Assembly: GCA_044450385.1 (NCBI GenBank)
Contig: JBIOIZ010000001.1
Coordinates: 25,299-89,298, forward strand
Source: Candidatus Dormibacteria bacterium
GTDB lineage: Bacteria > Chloroflexota > Dormibacteria > Aeolococcales > Aeolococcaceae
Reading direction: 5' to 3'
Length of the DNA stretch: 64,000 nt
In this document: one piece after another, positions 42,520 through 51,663 of the stretch
Numbering within the stretch: position 1 is the stretch's first letter
How the letters are laid out: the number at the start of each line of letters is the position of its first letter
Program-made: the position numbers and the translations under genes
Notes under the pieces: model-generated
What the model saw: the letters and a program-made list of their open reading frames with translations, nothing else
Database searches by the model: none
What the model was told of the DNA's origin: nothing

Positions 42520-43733
42520 ATCCTTTCCAGCTCGAACGCGGTATGCAATGCGCGAACGGCGTCGCGGACGCGCGGACGATCGATGATGCAGGTGACGTGA
42601 ATCTCGCTGGTGGCGATCATCTGGATGTTGATATCCGCGTCGGCGAGCGCACGAAAGATCTTGGCGTAGATGCCCGGCGTCCCCTTGAGCCCGCTCCCGA
42701 TGACGGTGACTTTGGCGACGCCGGCCGTGGCGGTATATCCCTGCGCGTGGACGCTCTTCGCCACCGACGCCAGCATCCGGCGGGCCTTGGGCAGATGCGA
42801 CTCGGCAATGGTGAAGCTCAGGTCCGTGGTGCCGTCGTGGCTGACGTTCTGGAGCACGATGTCGATGTCGATCCCCGCCTCACCGAATGGTCCGAAGATG
42901 GACGCGGCAACGCCCGGCTGATCCGGGACGCGAAGGAGCGTCACCTTTGCGACATCGGTCTCGTGCGCTATGGCGCGCACCTTCTGGCGGATTTCCATGC
43001 GGTCCTGCTTCGCGATGATTGTCCCCGGTTCCTTGTCGAACGTGGATCGAACGCGGATCTCCATCGAGTAGGCCTCGCCGATCTCGACTGCGCGCGGATG
43101 CATCACCCGCGCTCCCGCTGAGGCGAGCTCGAGCATCTCGTCGTAGTCGATCGACGGGATCACCCGCGCATTGGGAACGATCCGCGGGTCGGCGGTGTGC
43201 ACCCCAGGGACGTCGGTGAAGATCTCGCAGTGATCGGCCCCGATCGCCACCGCAAGCGCAACGGCGGTGGTGTCGGACCCGCCGCGCCCGAGGGTGGTCA
43301 CGTCCATGTCCTCGGTTGCGCCCTGGAACCCGGCGACCACCACCACGTTGCCGTGCTCGAGCTCGTCGAGCACTCGCTGCGGGACGATGTCGACGATCCG
43401 CGCGGTCCGGTGTGCCCTGCTGGTGCGAATGCCCGCCTGCGCGCCCGTGAGCGAGATGGCCGGTGTGCCCGCGGCATGCAGGGCCATCGCCAGCAGGGGC
43501 GCGGTGATGGTCTCGCCGCTGCTGAGCAGCATGTCCATCTCACGCGACGGCGGGTCGCCGGTCACGCGATGCGCCAGCGCGATGAGCTCATCGGTCGTGT
43601 CGCCCATTGCGCTGACCACGACCACAACCTCGGATCCCGCCTCGAGCGACTCGCGAATGCGCCGCGCCACGCGGCGCAGCTGCATCGGGGTCGCCACGCT
43701 CGATCCTCCGTACTTCTGGACGACGCGGGTCAC
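42516..43733 (-). CDS. lysC: Aspartate kinase
   Basis: MTRVVQKYGGSSVATP...VVVVSAMGDTTDEL, and C-terminal ACT repeats. Confidence 0.93.
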   Translation of the reverse strand: MTRVVQKYGGSSVATPMQLRRVARRIRESLEAGSEVVVVVSAMGDTTDELIALAHRVTGDPPSREMDMLLSSGETITAPLLAMALHAAGTPAISLTGAQAGIRTSRAHRTARIVDIVPQRVLDELEHGNVVVVAGFQGATEDMDVTTLGRGGSDTTAVALAVAIGADHCEIFTDVPGVHTADPRIVPNARVIPSIDYDEMLELASAGARVMHPRAVEIGEAYSMEIRVRSTFDKEPGTIIAKQDRMEIRQKVRAIAHETDVAKVTLLRVPDQPGVAASIFGPFGEAGIDIDIVLQNVSHDGTTDLSFTIAESHLPKARRMLASVAKSVHAQGYTATAGVAKVTVIGSGLKGTPGIYAKIFRALADADINIQMIATSEIHVTCIIDRPRVRDAVRALHTAFELERI

Positions 43734-44626
43734 GGCGAGACGTCCACCCTGGTGCCGTAGTTGCGCGGCGAGAGGACCATCGTCTGTCCGCGCACGCCGG
43801 CGCTCGCAGCCGCCCCGGACATGGCCGCGACGACGGGCTCGGGGTCGAGTGGGGTGAGGGCGACGACCGAGGGGCCGGCACCCGCAAGGGCGGCGCCGGA
43901 TGCACCGGCGGCGTTGGCGGCGGCGACGATCTCACGCGCTCCGGTCATGAGCGCAAAGCGTGCGTCCTGGTGCCAGCGATCCTGCATGGCGACGCCGAGG
44001 GCAGGATGATCGCCCAAAGCAAGCGCGCGGACCAGCAGGGCGCATCGGCTCGCGTTGAAGATCGCGTCCTCCCGGCTGAACGTGGTTGGGACAACCTGGC
44101 GCGATTCGCTGGTTGTGAAGGGCAACTCGGGAATGAAGAGCACGGCGCGGAGGTCGTCGGAGACCGACAGCCGGACCGCGGGTGCGCCCGGGGCACAGAT
44201 CGCAAGTCCGCCGAGCAGGGCTGCCGCCGCGTTGTCGCGATGTCCTTCGAGCGCGCTGACGCGGTCGAGCACGGCGTTCTCATCCCATGGCGCCTGGTGC
44301 AGCGCCGTGGCCACGAGAACACCCGAGAGCGAGGCCGCCGCGCTCGATCCCAGGCCGCGCCCGATTGGGATCCGGTTCACACAGGTGAAGTGAACCCCCG
44401 TGGCCGGAACGCCGAGCGCGGCACACGATTGGGCGTAGGCGGCGGTGACGAGGTTGCGTTCGGGATCGTTGAGCTCGGCCGGCGCGTCGGACCCGGAGTC
44501 GATGGTGAGCGCGCCGGGTCGCTGCTCAGCGCGGACGTCGTTCTGCAGCTGGAGCGCCAAGGCGAGCATGTCGAACCCCGGTCCGAGATTGGCGACACTC
44601 GCCGGAACGGCGACGCGGACGCGCAC
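43730..44626 (-). CDS. thrB: Homoserine kinase
   Basis: GTG 44626 lies 4 nt after the thrC stop. VAVPASVANLGPGFDMLALAL and the GHMP motif IPIGRGLGSSAAA. Confidence 0.9.
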   Translation of the reverse strand: MRVRVAVPASVANLGPGFDMLALALQLQNDVRAEQRPGALTIDSGSDAPAELNDPERNLVTAAYAQSCAALGVPATGVHFTCVNRIPIGRGLGSSAAASLSGVLVATALHQAPWDENAVLDRVSALEGHRDNAAAALLGGLAICAPGAPAVRLSVSDDLRAVLFIPELPFTTSESRQVVPTTFSREDAIFNASRCALLVRALALGDHPALGVAMQDRWHQDARFALMTGAREIVAAANAAGASGAALAGAGPSVVALTPLDPEPVVAAMSGAAASAGVRGQTMVLSPRNYGTRVDVSP

Positions 44627-44630
44627 CCGG

Positions 44631-45689
44631 TCAGACCTCGATCGCGTGCGCCAGCGCGCCGGCGTCGGGGGGAACCTCGAGAATCGGAGCCAGCGCGGGC
44701 TCGACCGCACCAGGATCCTTCAGCCCGTTGCCCGTGAGCACGCAGACCGCATGCGTCCCTGGCGCGACCGCACCTTCGGCGATGGCGCGCTCCAGCACGG
44801 CCAGTGACGCGGCCGATGCAGGCTCGCAGAAGATGCCTTCGAGCCGAGCCAGCCGTCGCTGCGCATCGAGAATGGCGTCGTCCTCGACCGCGGCGATCAT
44901 CCCCTCCGACTCGTCGCGTGCCTCGACCGCTCCGTGCCATGACGCCGGGTTGCCGATCCGGATGGCGCTCGCGACCGTCTGCGGATCGTCGACCGGCCGT
45001 CCGAGGACGAGCGGCGCGGCGCCCGCCGCCTGGCCTCCGAACATCCGGGGCAGACGGCTCGCTCGTCCATCGCGGTGATCCTCCCGAAAGCCGCGCCAAT
45101 ACGCGGTGATGTTGCCCGCGTTCCCGACGGGGAGCGCCAGCACGTCGGGCGCATCACCGAGCTCATCGACGATCTCGAACGCTGCCGTCTTCTGACCCTC
45201 GATCCGGTTCGGGTTCACGCTGTTGACCAAGGTGACCGGGTGTCGCTCGCACAGCTCGCGGACGATCCGGAGGGCGACGTCGAACCCGCCTCTGATGCTC
45301 ACCACCGTCGCCCCGTGAACCCGCGCCTGGACGAGCTTTCCGGAGGCGATGTGTCCGCCGGGAACCACGACGACGGTGCGCAGACCGAAGCGCCCGCCAT
45401 ACGCCGCTGCCGACGCGCTGGTGTTCCCCGTCGACGCGCAGATGATCGCCCGGCTCCCCTCGTGCAGGGCGGCGGCGACCGCGACCACCATGCCCCGGTC
45501 CTTGAACGAGCCGGTCGGATTCAGCCCCTCGAGCTTGAAATGCAACGAGGCGAGCCCGAGCCCCGGGCCGATGGTCAACGATTCGACGCAGGGCGTGTCG
45601 CCTTCGCCGAGAGTGATGTGTGGCGCGCGAGGAGAGAGCGCGAGCCGGTCTCCCCAGCGGGCGATGACACCGCGGGCGCGGACGGTCAT
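44631..45689 (-). CDS. thrC: Threonine synthase
   Basis: LHFKLEGLNPTGSFKDRG (PLP lysine motif). 352 aa. Confidence 0.92.
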   Translation of the reverse strand: MTVRARGVIARWGDRLALSPRAPHITLGEGDTPCVESLTIGPGLGLASLHFKLEGLNPTGSFKDRGMVVAVAAALHEGSRAIICASTGNTSASAAAYGGRFGLRTVVVVPGGHIASGKLVQARVHGATVVSIRGGFDVALRIVRELCERHPVTLVNSVNPNRIEGQKTAAFEIVDELGDAPDVLALPVGNAGNITAYWRGFREDHRDGRASRLPRMFGGQAAGAAPLVLGRPVDDPQTVASAIRIGNPASWHGAVEARDESEGMIAAVEDDAILDAQRRLARLEGIFCEPASAASLAVLERAIAEGAVAPGTHAVCVLTGNGLKDPGAVEPALAPILEVPPDAGALAHAIEV

Positions 45690-45698
45690 GGGTACCGC

Positions 45699-46970
45699 CT
45701 ACGCCTCGACCCGGTCGAGGGCGCCGAGGATCTCGTCGACGGAGGTCAGCGTGTCCAGGGTCACGAGTGCACCATCGTGAACGGCCCGCGGCGCCACACC
45801 GGTGAGGACGATCAGCTCCGAGTCAGCGAGATCGACCGCCGCGTCAACGGCGAGGCCGCGGTCCTCGATCGCCTGGATGACGAGCGCGCGCGCATCCGCT
45901 TCTGCGGAGAGGCGAACCCGGACGTACCCGGCGACTTCGATGTCCTCGTCGCCGAGCGGGGGCGGATCGACGCGCGGAGCGCTGCTGAACTCGCGCTGAG
46001 CGCCCCGTTCCCGGACGGCCGTGATCAGGTCGCTCAACACCGCGCTCGCCGTCGAATCGCCCCCCGCACCGAGCCCTCGGAGCATCACCGTTGCCGCGAG
46101 GTCGCTCGAGATGATGACAGCGTTGTCAGCATCATCGACATCGTGGAGGAGGTGTCCCGCGCCCACGGCGGTCGGCCGGACGCGGAGATGGACAGCGCCG
46201 TTGGAGGCGCGTTCGGCGTGAGCGAGCAGGCGCACGCGGTAGCCGAGCCGGGCAAGGGCGCCAACGTCGGCCCCGGCCACGTCCCGGATGCCGACGCGAT
46301 CCACCACCTCGGGGGCGATCGAGACGTCGAAGGCAAGCCACGCAAGGATCACGAGCTTCTGCACTGCGTCCCAGCCGTCCACGTCGAGTGATGGGTCCGC
46401 CTCGGCGAAACCGCGGCGCTGCGCTTCGGTGAGCGCGCTCGCAAAGCTCACACCGGGCGAGCGCATCCGGGTCAGGATGGCGTTGGTGGTGCCGTTGATC
46501 ACGCCGTCGAGCGACGCGATGCGATCAGCGAGCAGGCTCCTCCGCAGCAGCGCGACGATCGGCAAGCCCGCCCCGACACTCGCCTCGTAATACAGGCGAG
46601 CGCCGTGCTCCGCGGCGACCGCGGCCAGGCGCGGGCCCGACCCCGCGATGACGGCTTTGTTGGCGGTCACGACGGTCTTGCCGGCGCGCAGGGCGGACTC
46701 GATCAGCGCGGCTGCGGGGTCGGTGCCGCCCATCACCTCGATGACGATCGCAACATCCGGATCGGCGATGACGTCCTGAGGACTGGCGAATAGCCTGGCG
46801 TTCTTCAGATCGACGTCACGAGGCCGCGAGATGTCGCGCACGGCGACGCAGCGCAGTACAGGCGTTGCACCGGCGCGTTCGCCGAGCAATTCCCACTCGC
46901 TGATGAGCCGCCTGGCGACGGCGGACCCGACCGTACCCAGCCCCAGCATGCCAACGCCAACAGAATCCAT
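45699..46970 (-). CDS. hom: Homoserine dehydrogenase
   Basis: VGVGMLGLGTVGSAVARRL, NKAVIA, and a C-terminal ACT-like domain. Confidence 0.92.
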   Translation of the reverse strand: MDSVGVGMLGLGTVGSAVARRLISEWELLGERAGATPVLRCVAVRDISRPRDVDLKNARLFASPQDVIADPDVAIVIEVMGGTDPAAALIESALRAGKTVVTANKAVIAGSGPRLAAVAAEHGARLYYEASVGAGLPIVALLRRSLLADRIASLDGVINGTTNAILTRMRSPGVSFASALTEAQRRGFAEADPSLDVDGWDAVQKLVILAWLAFDVSIAPEVVDRVGIRDVAGADVGALARLGYRVRLLAHAERASNGAVHLRVRPTAVGAGHLLHDVDDADNAVIISSDLAATVMLRGLGAGGDSTASAVLSDLITAVRERGAQREFSSAPRVDPPPLGDEDIEVAGYVRVRLSAEADARALVIQAIEDRGLAVDAAVDLADSELIVLTGVAPRAVHDGALVTLDTLTSVDEILGALDRVEA

Positions 46971-46979
46971 TGCTGCGAC

Positions 46980-46985
46980 AGTCTA
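46980..46985 (-). promoter_or_regulatory. Candidate -10 box (TAGACT) 9 nt upstream of the hom ATG, within the 22-nt gap after the response regulator gene
   Basis: Minus strand reads TAGACT-GTCGCAGCA-ATG. Confidence 0.35.
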
Positions 46986-46992
46986 TGGGCGC

Positions 46993-47595
46993 CTAGATGA
47001 TGTGGCGTCTCCAGGCGAGCAACACCGCGGCTGCGCGATCCTTGCAGCCGAGCTTCTCGAGGATGTTGCTCACGTGCGTCTTCACGGTGTTCTCGCTGAG
47101 GAAGAGCAGCACCGCGATCTCCGCATTGTTCTTGCCGTCGGCCATGAGCCGGAGCACGTCGCGTTCGCGGCGGGTGATCGACGGCATCTTCTCCGCCGCC
47201 GCGCTGACCAGCTGCGGATCGAGGAGTGATTCGCCGGCCGCAACCGCTCGGATGGCGCCGGCAAGCTCCTCGCGGGTTGCATCCTTGAGCAGGTAGCCGA
47301 GCGCTCCGGCCTTGAGCGAGGGAAAGATGTAGTCCTCGTTGCGGTAGGTGGTCAGAACGATCACCCGGGCTTCGGGGTCACGAGCACGGATCTTGCGAAG
47401 CGCCTCGATGCCGTCCATCACCGGCATCTGGACGTCGAGCAGGATCACGTCGGGGTGAGTCCGTCGCGCTTGCTCCACAGCCTCGGCGCCGTCGGAGGCT
47501 CTGCCCACAACCTTAATGTCCGGTTCGAGCTCGAGCATCGTGCAGAGGCCGTCGCGGACCACCGGATGGTCGTCGGCCACCAGGACGCTGATCAT
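46993..47595 (-). CDS. NarL/FixJ (LuxR-type HTH) family response regulator
   Basis: MISVLVADDHPVVRDGL...DVILLDVQMPVMDG receiver domain, and a C-terminal LTRRERDVLRLMADGKNNAEIAVLLFLSENTVKTHVSNI. Confidence 0.92.
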   Translation of the reverse strand: MISVLVADDHPVVRDGLCTMLELEPDIKVVGRASDGAEAVEQARRTHPDVILLDVQMPVMDGIEALRKIRARDPEARVIVLTTYRNEDYIFPSLKAGALGYLLKDATREELAGAIRAVAAGESLLDPQLVSAAAEKMPSITRRERDVLRLMADGKNNAEIAVLLFLSENTVKTHVSNILEKLGCKDRAAAVLLAWRRHII

Positions 47596-49526
47596 GCGCT
47601 GACCGCTTCGACCGCAGCCTCGGTGAATGGAAGCCTGGTGGTGACGGTGGTCCCCTGACCGGGAGCACTCACCACGGTCAGCGTTCCCCCGGCGTTGCGC
47701 GCCCGTTCGGCCATGCCGTCAAGGCCGAAACAGTCCTCGCGCGGCGCGGTCGCCGACGGATCGAAGCCGACCCCGTCGTCGCGGATCGAGAGGATCAACT
47801 CCTGCGCATGCGTTCGCAGCTCGACGTCGACATGCTCGGGTTTGCCATGCCGGGCGGCGTTGGAGAGGGCCTCCTGGCCGATGCGAAGCAGCGCGACCTC
47901 AGCCGTGGGCGACAGCGGCGAGTGCTGGGGCACGGCGCGCGCTCTGAACCGCGCCGGGATCCCCGTGCGTTCCTCCCAGGCCTCGACCTCGTGGCCGATA
48001 GCGGCAACGAGGCCAGTGGCGGAGAGCGGGGCCGGACGCAGGTTCCACACCGAACGCCGTGCCTCCTGCAATGCCCCTCGAGCAAGCTCTCGGGCCTTCT
48101 CCACAGAAGTCTTCGCACGTCGCTCCGAGCCGCGATCCAGCAGCGTGTCGGCGGCCTCCAGTTCCAGCACGATGCCGGTCAGCTGCTGGGCGAGCGTGTC
48201 GTGGATCTCGCGCGCCAGGCGCGTACGCTCCTCGAGGACCGCGTGGTCGGTGAGGGCCTGCACCGGGAGATACATCCGGCGTGACAGCAGCGTGGTGGCG
48301 ATGAACGCGAGACCCACGAGCAGGATGAGTACCGGAAGCACGGTCACCGGGAACAGGCGGTGGACGCTGTCATTGACGCCGAGCGTCAGCGCGAGGAGGT
48401 TGGGCTCCAGTGCGTTCACCGGCACCGGGTTGACGATGATCCAGTGGCCACTGAAGACCGGCGAGGTGAAGAGGTCGGTCCTGACCTTGGCGAAGGTCGC
48501 GGTCATCGGGGTGTCAGAGGTGGCGCCGGTTGCCCACATGTGGCGGATCGAGTTCGACAACCCGGGCTGCGGCGTGGTGAACTGTGCACCAAACGCCGCG
48601 CCGGGAAAATCCGCGTGTGCCTGAGAAGCCCCGTACAGGACCGTCCCGGTCGCGCTGATCAGAAGAGGATCCACGGTCGCCGTCGCGGCCGCGAGCAGTG
48701 TGGATCCGAGGAGCTTCGACACGGACACGTCGACTCCCACCTGTATCGACGAGGGGTCCTGGTACCACGCGCTGACTCCCGCTGTGCCGTCTGCGAGCAG
48801 CGGGTACGGATCCGACCAGAACGGCCCGTCGGTACTCCGCCCGGGGGCGCCTGGTTGGACCCAGACGTTGGGTGCGCTGGCAGCGGGGATGCCGCCTTCG
48901 GATTCCGAGAGCACCTTGGCTCGGAGGACCGGGTCGTAGGGCTGGGTGGTTGGATCGAAGCTGGGATACGCCCGGATCGCGCCGGTCTTGGTGTCCGTGA
49001 ACCACACCGTGCCGATGGCGGGGTTGATCTTGAGGATGCTCGTCACCTGCGCGACGACGGTCGGGCTGTCGCTGGCTCTGATGAAGGCGACGTCGTTGAT
49101 CTGGCCGTCGGGCAGGATCAGCGTGCTCGCTGCGCTCCCGGTGGTGACGGCGTACTGGAAGGAGGGGCCGAGTTGTGCCAACCTGAGTGCCGGTGCTGTC
49201 GCCCCTTTGGGGACGGCCGCGAGTGCCTTGGTGAGCGCGCCTCCAAGCCCCTCCTGCACGGCGCTGTCGATCAAACTCATGCTGTTGTCGAGCGACGACG
49301 CGCGACTGTCGAGTTGCGTATCAGTCAGCATCTGCTGGCGCGCGAGGATCGCCGCTTCGGTCGCGTTGGCGGTGCTCTTGGCAACGGCGTCGAGCTCGAA
49401 AACCGCGAGCACCGCGAAGGCGACCAGTGGCAGCAGCGCGACCCCGACCATGCCCACGAGCAGGCGATTGCGAAATCGCCGCCTCGGGTCGCGCCTGCGC
49501 GGCTGTCTCCCGCGGCCGATCCTCAT
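47592..49526 (-). CDS. HisKA_3-type sensor histidine kinase with ~345-aa extracytoplasmic domain
   Basis: TM1 LLVGMVGVALLPLVAFAVLAVF, a large periplasmic region, TM2 VLPVLILLVGLAFIATTLL, an H-box ERTRLAREIHDTLAQQL, and an ATPase domain. SD GGAGA precedes ATG 49526. A TATAGT -10 candidate on the minus strand (49597..49592) implies a ~60-nt leader. Confidence 0.9.
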   Translation of the reverse strand: MRIGRGRQPRRRDPRRRFRNRLLVGMVGVALLPLVAFAVLAVFELDAVAKSTANATEAAILARQQMLTDTQLDSRASSLDNSMSLIDSAVQEGLGGALTKALAAVPKGATAPALRLAQLGPSFQYAVTTGSAASTLILPDGQINDVAFIRASDSPTVVAQVTSILKINPAIGTVWFTDTKTGAIRAYPSFDPTTQPYDPVLRAKVLSESEGGIPAASAPNVWVQPGAPGRSTDGPFWSDPYPLLADGTAGVSAWYQDPSSIQVGVDVSVSKLLGSTLLAAATATVDPLLISATGTVLYGASQAHADFPGAAFGAQFTTPQPGLSNSIRHMWATGATSDTPMTATFAKVRTDLFTSPVFSGHWIIVNPVPVNALEPNLLALTLGVNDSVHRLFPVTVLPVLILLVGLAFIATTLLSRRMYLPVQALTDHAVLEERTRLAREIHDTLAQQLTGIVLELEAADTLLDRGSERRAKTSVEKARELARGALQEARRSVWNLRPAPLSATGLVAAIGHEVEAWEERTGIPARFRARAVPQHSPLSPTAEVALLRIGQEALSNAARHGKPEHVDVELRTHAQELILSIRDDGVGFDPSATAPREDCFGLDGMAERARNAGGTLTVVSAPGQGTTVTTRLPFTEAAVEAVSA

Positions 49527-49644
49527 GGCATGTCTCCAGGGTCCACCGGTACCGCGAAGATCCCCATTAACCCATCGACCACTCCGGTTCCACTATACGG
49601 GCGGGGCACAATGCACGCTCGTGTATGTCGCAGGCTCCCGACTC

Positions 49645-51621
49645 ATGCCCTCGAGGCGCACGTGGTGGCGTCCGGTCACGCCGCTCGTCACCGTGCTTGC
49701 GGTGCTGCTCGCCGGCTGTACATCCTCACCCTCCGCGAAATCGCCCACCGGCGCGCCCGGTGGCACCGCGACAGCGGGCGGCACCCTGACGGTCGGGGTC
49801 TGGCAGGCGCCAACGTCGCTGCTCGACGCCGGGATCACCGGTCACCTCGACTTTGCGGGCGCGATCGCCGCGCCTGTCGAGGAGGGTCTGCTCTGGTACC
49901 GCTCAACCACGGCAACCACGACCACGACGTCCGAAGCCGACTACTGGAGCCCCGACCTCGCGACCTCGGTCCCGACCGTTGCCGACGGCGGGGTCCAGAC
50001 GAGTGGGTGCGCCGACAAGGCCGCTGCGATGTGCGTGACCTGGCATGTCAGGCAGGGCGTGCGATGGGACGACGGCAGCGACCTGACGTCCCATGACGTC
50101 TGCGACACCTTCCAGCTCCACTGGCTCGCGTACGGCGCGCTGGGCAAGCCCAGTCCGTCGCCGCAGGTGTCCACCGTCGGGTGGGACCAGGTGATCAAGT
50201 GCACCGAACAGGACCGGTACACCGCGGTCGTCGACTTCAAGTCCCAGTACGGCCCCTACCTCGCTCTCGGCAGCGGCGTCGATGGAATCCTTCCGGCCGC
50301 GGTGCTCGACCCGGTGTTCGCGGCCGGTGGCGATGTGGCGGCGACGCCGAGCAGCTTCGATCTCACCAAGGGGTCGGGCAACCCGGCGGCGTTCAAGGGC
50401 ACCGCATCGCTGAGCACCGTGCTCGACGGCACCGGACCGTTCGTGATGTCGAGCAACACCCGCGGAACTCAGGTGGTGCTTGTTCGCAATCCCAACTACT
50501 GGAATCCGGCGGCCCGGGCCCATCTCGACAAGATCATCTTCAGAATCGAGCCCGACCTCGCGACCGAGGAGAAGGACGTGCGCTCCGGCGCGGTCCAGGT
50601 TGGCCTGAATCTTGGTCTGGCGGCGCTTGCGTCCCTGAGCGCAGCTGTGCGTGCCCATACGGTGCCGCTGACCGTCGACCCGGTACTGGGATCCGGCGCC
50701 GAGGTGCTCACGTTCAATCTCTGCGCCACCGACGGCGGCCTGTGCGACAACCCCGCGGTCACCGAGAACGAGGACACCGCGGACGCGACGATCCGCAGGG
50801 CGATCCTCCTCGGCATCGACAGGCAGGCGATCGTCAAGGCGGTCGCGCCCGGGGTCACCACCGTGCCGGCAGACTCGTGGATGAACCTCGGCGCGAGCTT
50901 TCTCGACAGCGCTTCCGTCCCCACCACAGGCTTCGACCCGGCGACGGCGAACACTATGCTCGACACGGCCGGCGACACACGCAGCACCAAGTGTGGCGCC
51001 GCCCCGGACGGGCAGAGCTTTCGCGCCGCCAAGGATGGCACCTGCATCGTGGTCAACCTCGGTACCACCAGCGACGATCCCGTGCGGGTCACGGTGGAGT
51101 CGATGATCCGGAGTGATCTCGCCAAGATCGGCATCAACGTACCGGCCGCCTTCACGCCGAATGTTCCCGCGGCGCGGTTCTTCGGCGCATTCACCGATGG
51201 CGGTCCGCTCGCGACGCATGCGTTCGACATGGCGCTCTACACGGTTGCGCTCGGCATTCCGGGCGAGCCGGACACGTACTCCTCGATCTGGCACGGTGAC
51301 TGTGGCGGGGCCTGTCTCAACAAGGATGCCATTGCTTCCAGCGCGAACCTCGGGGTGGGCATGAACTTCAGCGGCCTCAACGACTCACTGCTCGACAAGG
51401 ACATGGATCTCGCTCACAACAGCGCCGACCTCACGGCTCGCGCGAGCGACTACGCACTTGCCGATCAACGCCTCGCCGCCTTGCTGCCGGCGATCCCCCT
51501 CTACCAGCAGGTGATCGTGAATACGTACTCCACGAGCCTGCGTGGCGTCCAGCAGAACGACCTCGTCCCTGATTTCAATGCCGCTGCGTGGTCCTGCGTC
51601 GGCGGAGACTGCGCCGGCTAG
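49645..51621 (+). CDS. ABC-type solute-binding protein family 5 (peptide/nickel type) lipoprotein, orphan
   Basis: MPSRRTWWRPVTPLVTVLAVLLAGCTSS (lipobox). The SBP_bac_5-like body includes LVRNPNYWN. The upstream 233 codons of the ORF track lie antisense to the kinase and were discarded. Confidence 0.8.
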   Translation: MPSRRTWWRPVTPLVTVLAVLLAGCTSSPSAKSPTGAPGGTATAGGTLTVGVWQAPTSLLDAGITGHLDFAGAIAAPVEEGLLWYRSTTATTTTTSEADYWSPDLATSVPTVADGGVQTSGCADKAAAMCVTWHVRQGVRWDDGSDLTSHDVCDTFQLHWLAYGALGKPSPSPQVSTVGWDQVIKCTEQDRYTAVVDFKSQYGPYLALGSGVDGILPAAVLDPVFAAGGDVAATPSSFDLTKGSGNPAAFKGTASLSTVLDGTGPFVMSSNTRGTQVVLVRNPNYWNPAARAHLDKIIFRIEPDLATEEKDVRSGAVQVGLNLGLAALASLSAAVRAHTVPLTVDPVLGSGAEVLTFNLCATDGGLCDNPAVTENEDTADATIRRAILLGIDRQAIVKAVAPGVTTVPADSWMNLGASFLDSASVPTTGFDPATANTMLDTAGDTRSTKCGAAPDGQSFRAAKDGTCIVVNLGTTSDDPVRVTVESMIRSDLAKIGINVPAAFTPNVPAARFFGAFTDGGPLATHAFDMALYTVALGIPGEPDTYSSIWHGDCGGACLNKDAIASSANLGVGMNFSGLNDSLLDKDMDLAHNSADLTARASDYALADQRLAALLPAIPLYQQVIVNTYSTSLRGVQQNDLVPDFNAAAWSCVGGDCAG

Positions 51622-51649
51622 CCCGAACGTTCGGCGGTGCGACGGCCCG

Positions 51650-51655
51650 TATACT
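51650..51655 (+). promoter_or_regulatory. Candidate -10 box (TATACT) 8 nt upstream of tldD GTG 51664
   Basis: TATACT-CCGGCCTC-GTG. Confidence 0.3.
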
Positions 51656-51663
51656 CCGGCCTC

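Noticed and set aside
43734-43760. Lysine riboswitch (L-box) or a separate small-subunit start for aspartate kinase.
   Set aside because: lysC overlaps thrB by 4 nt, so no leader exists. Internal beta-subunit initiation cannot be judged from sequence alone.
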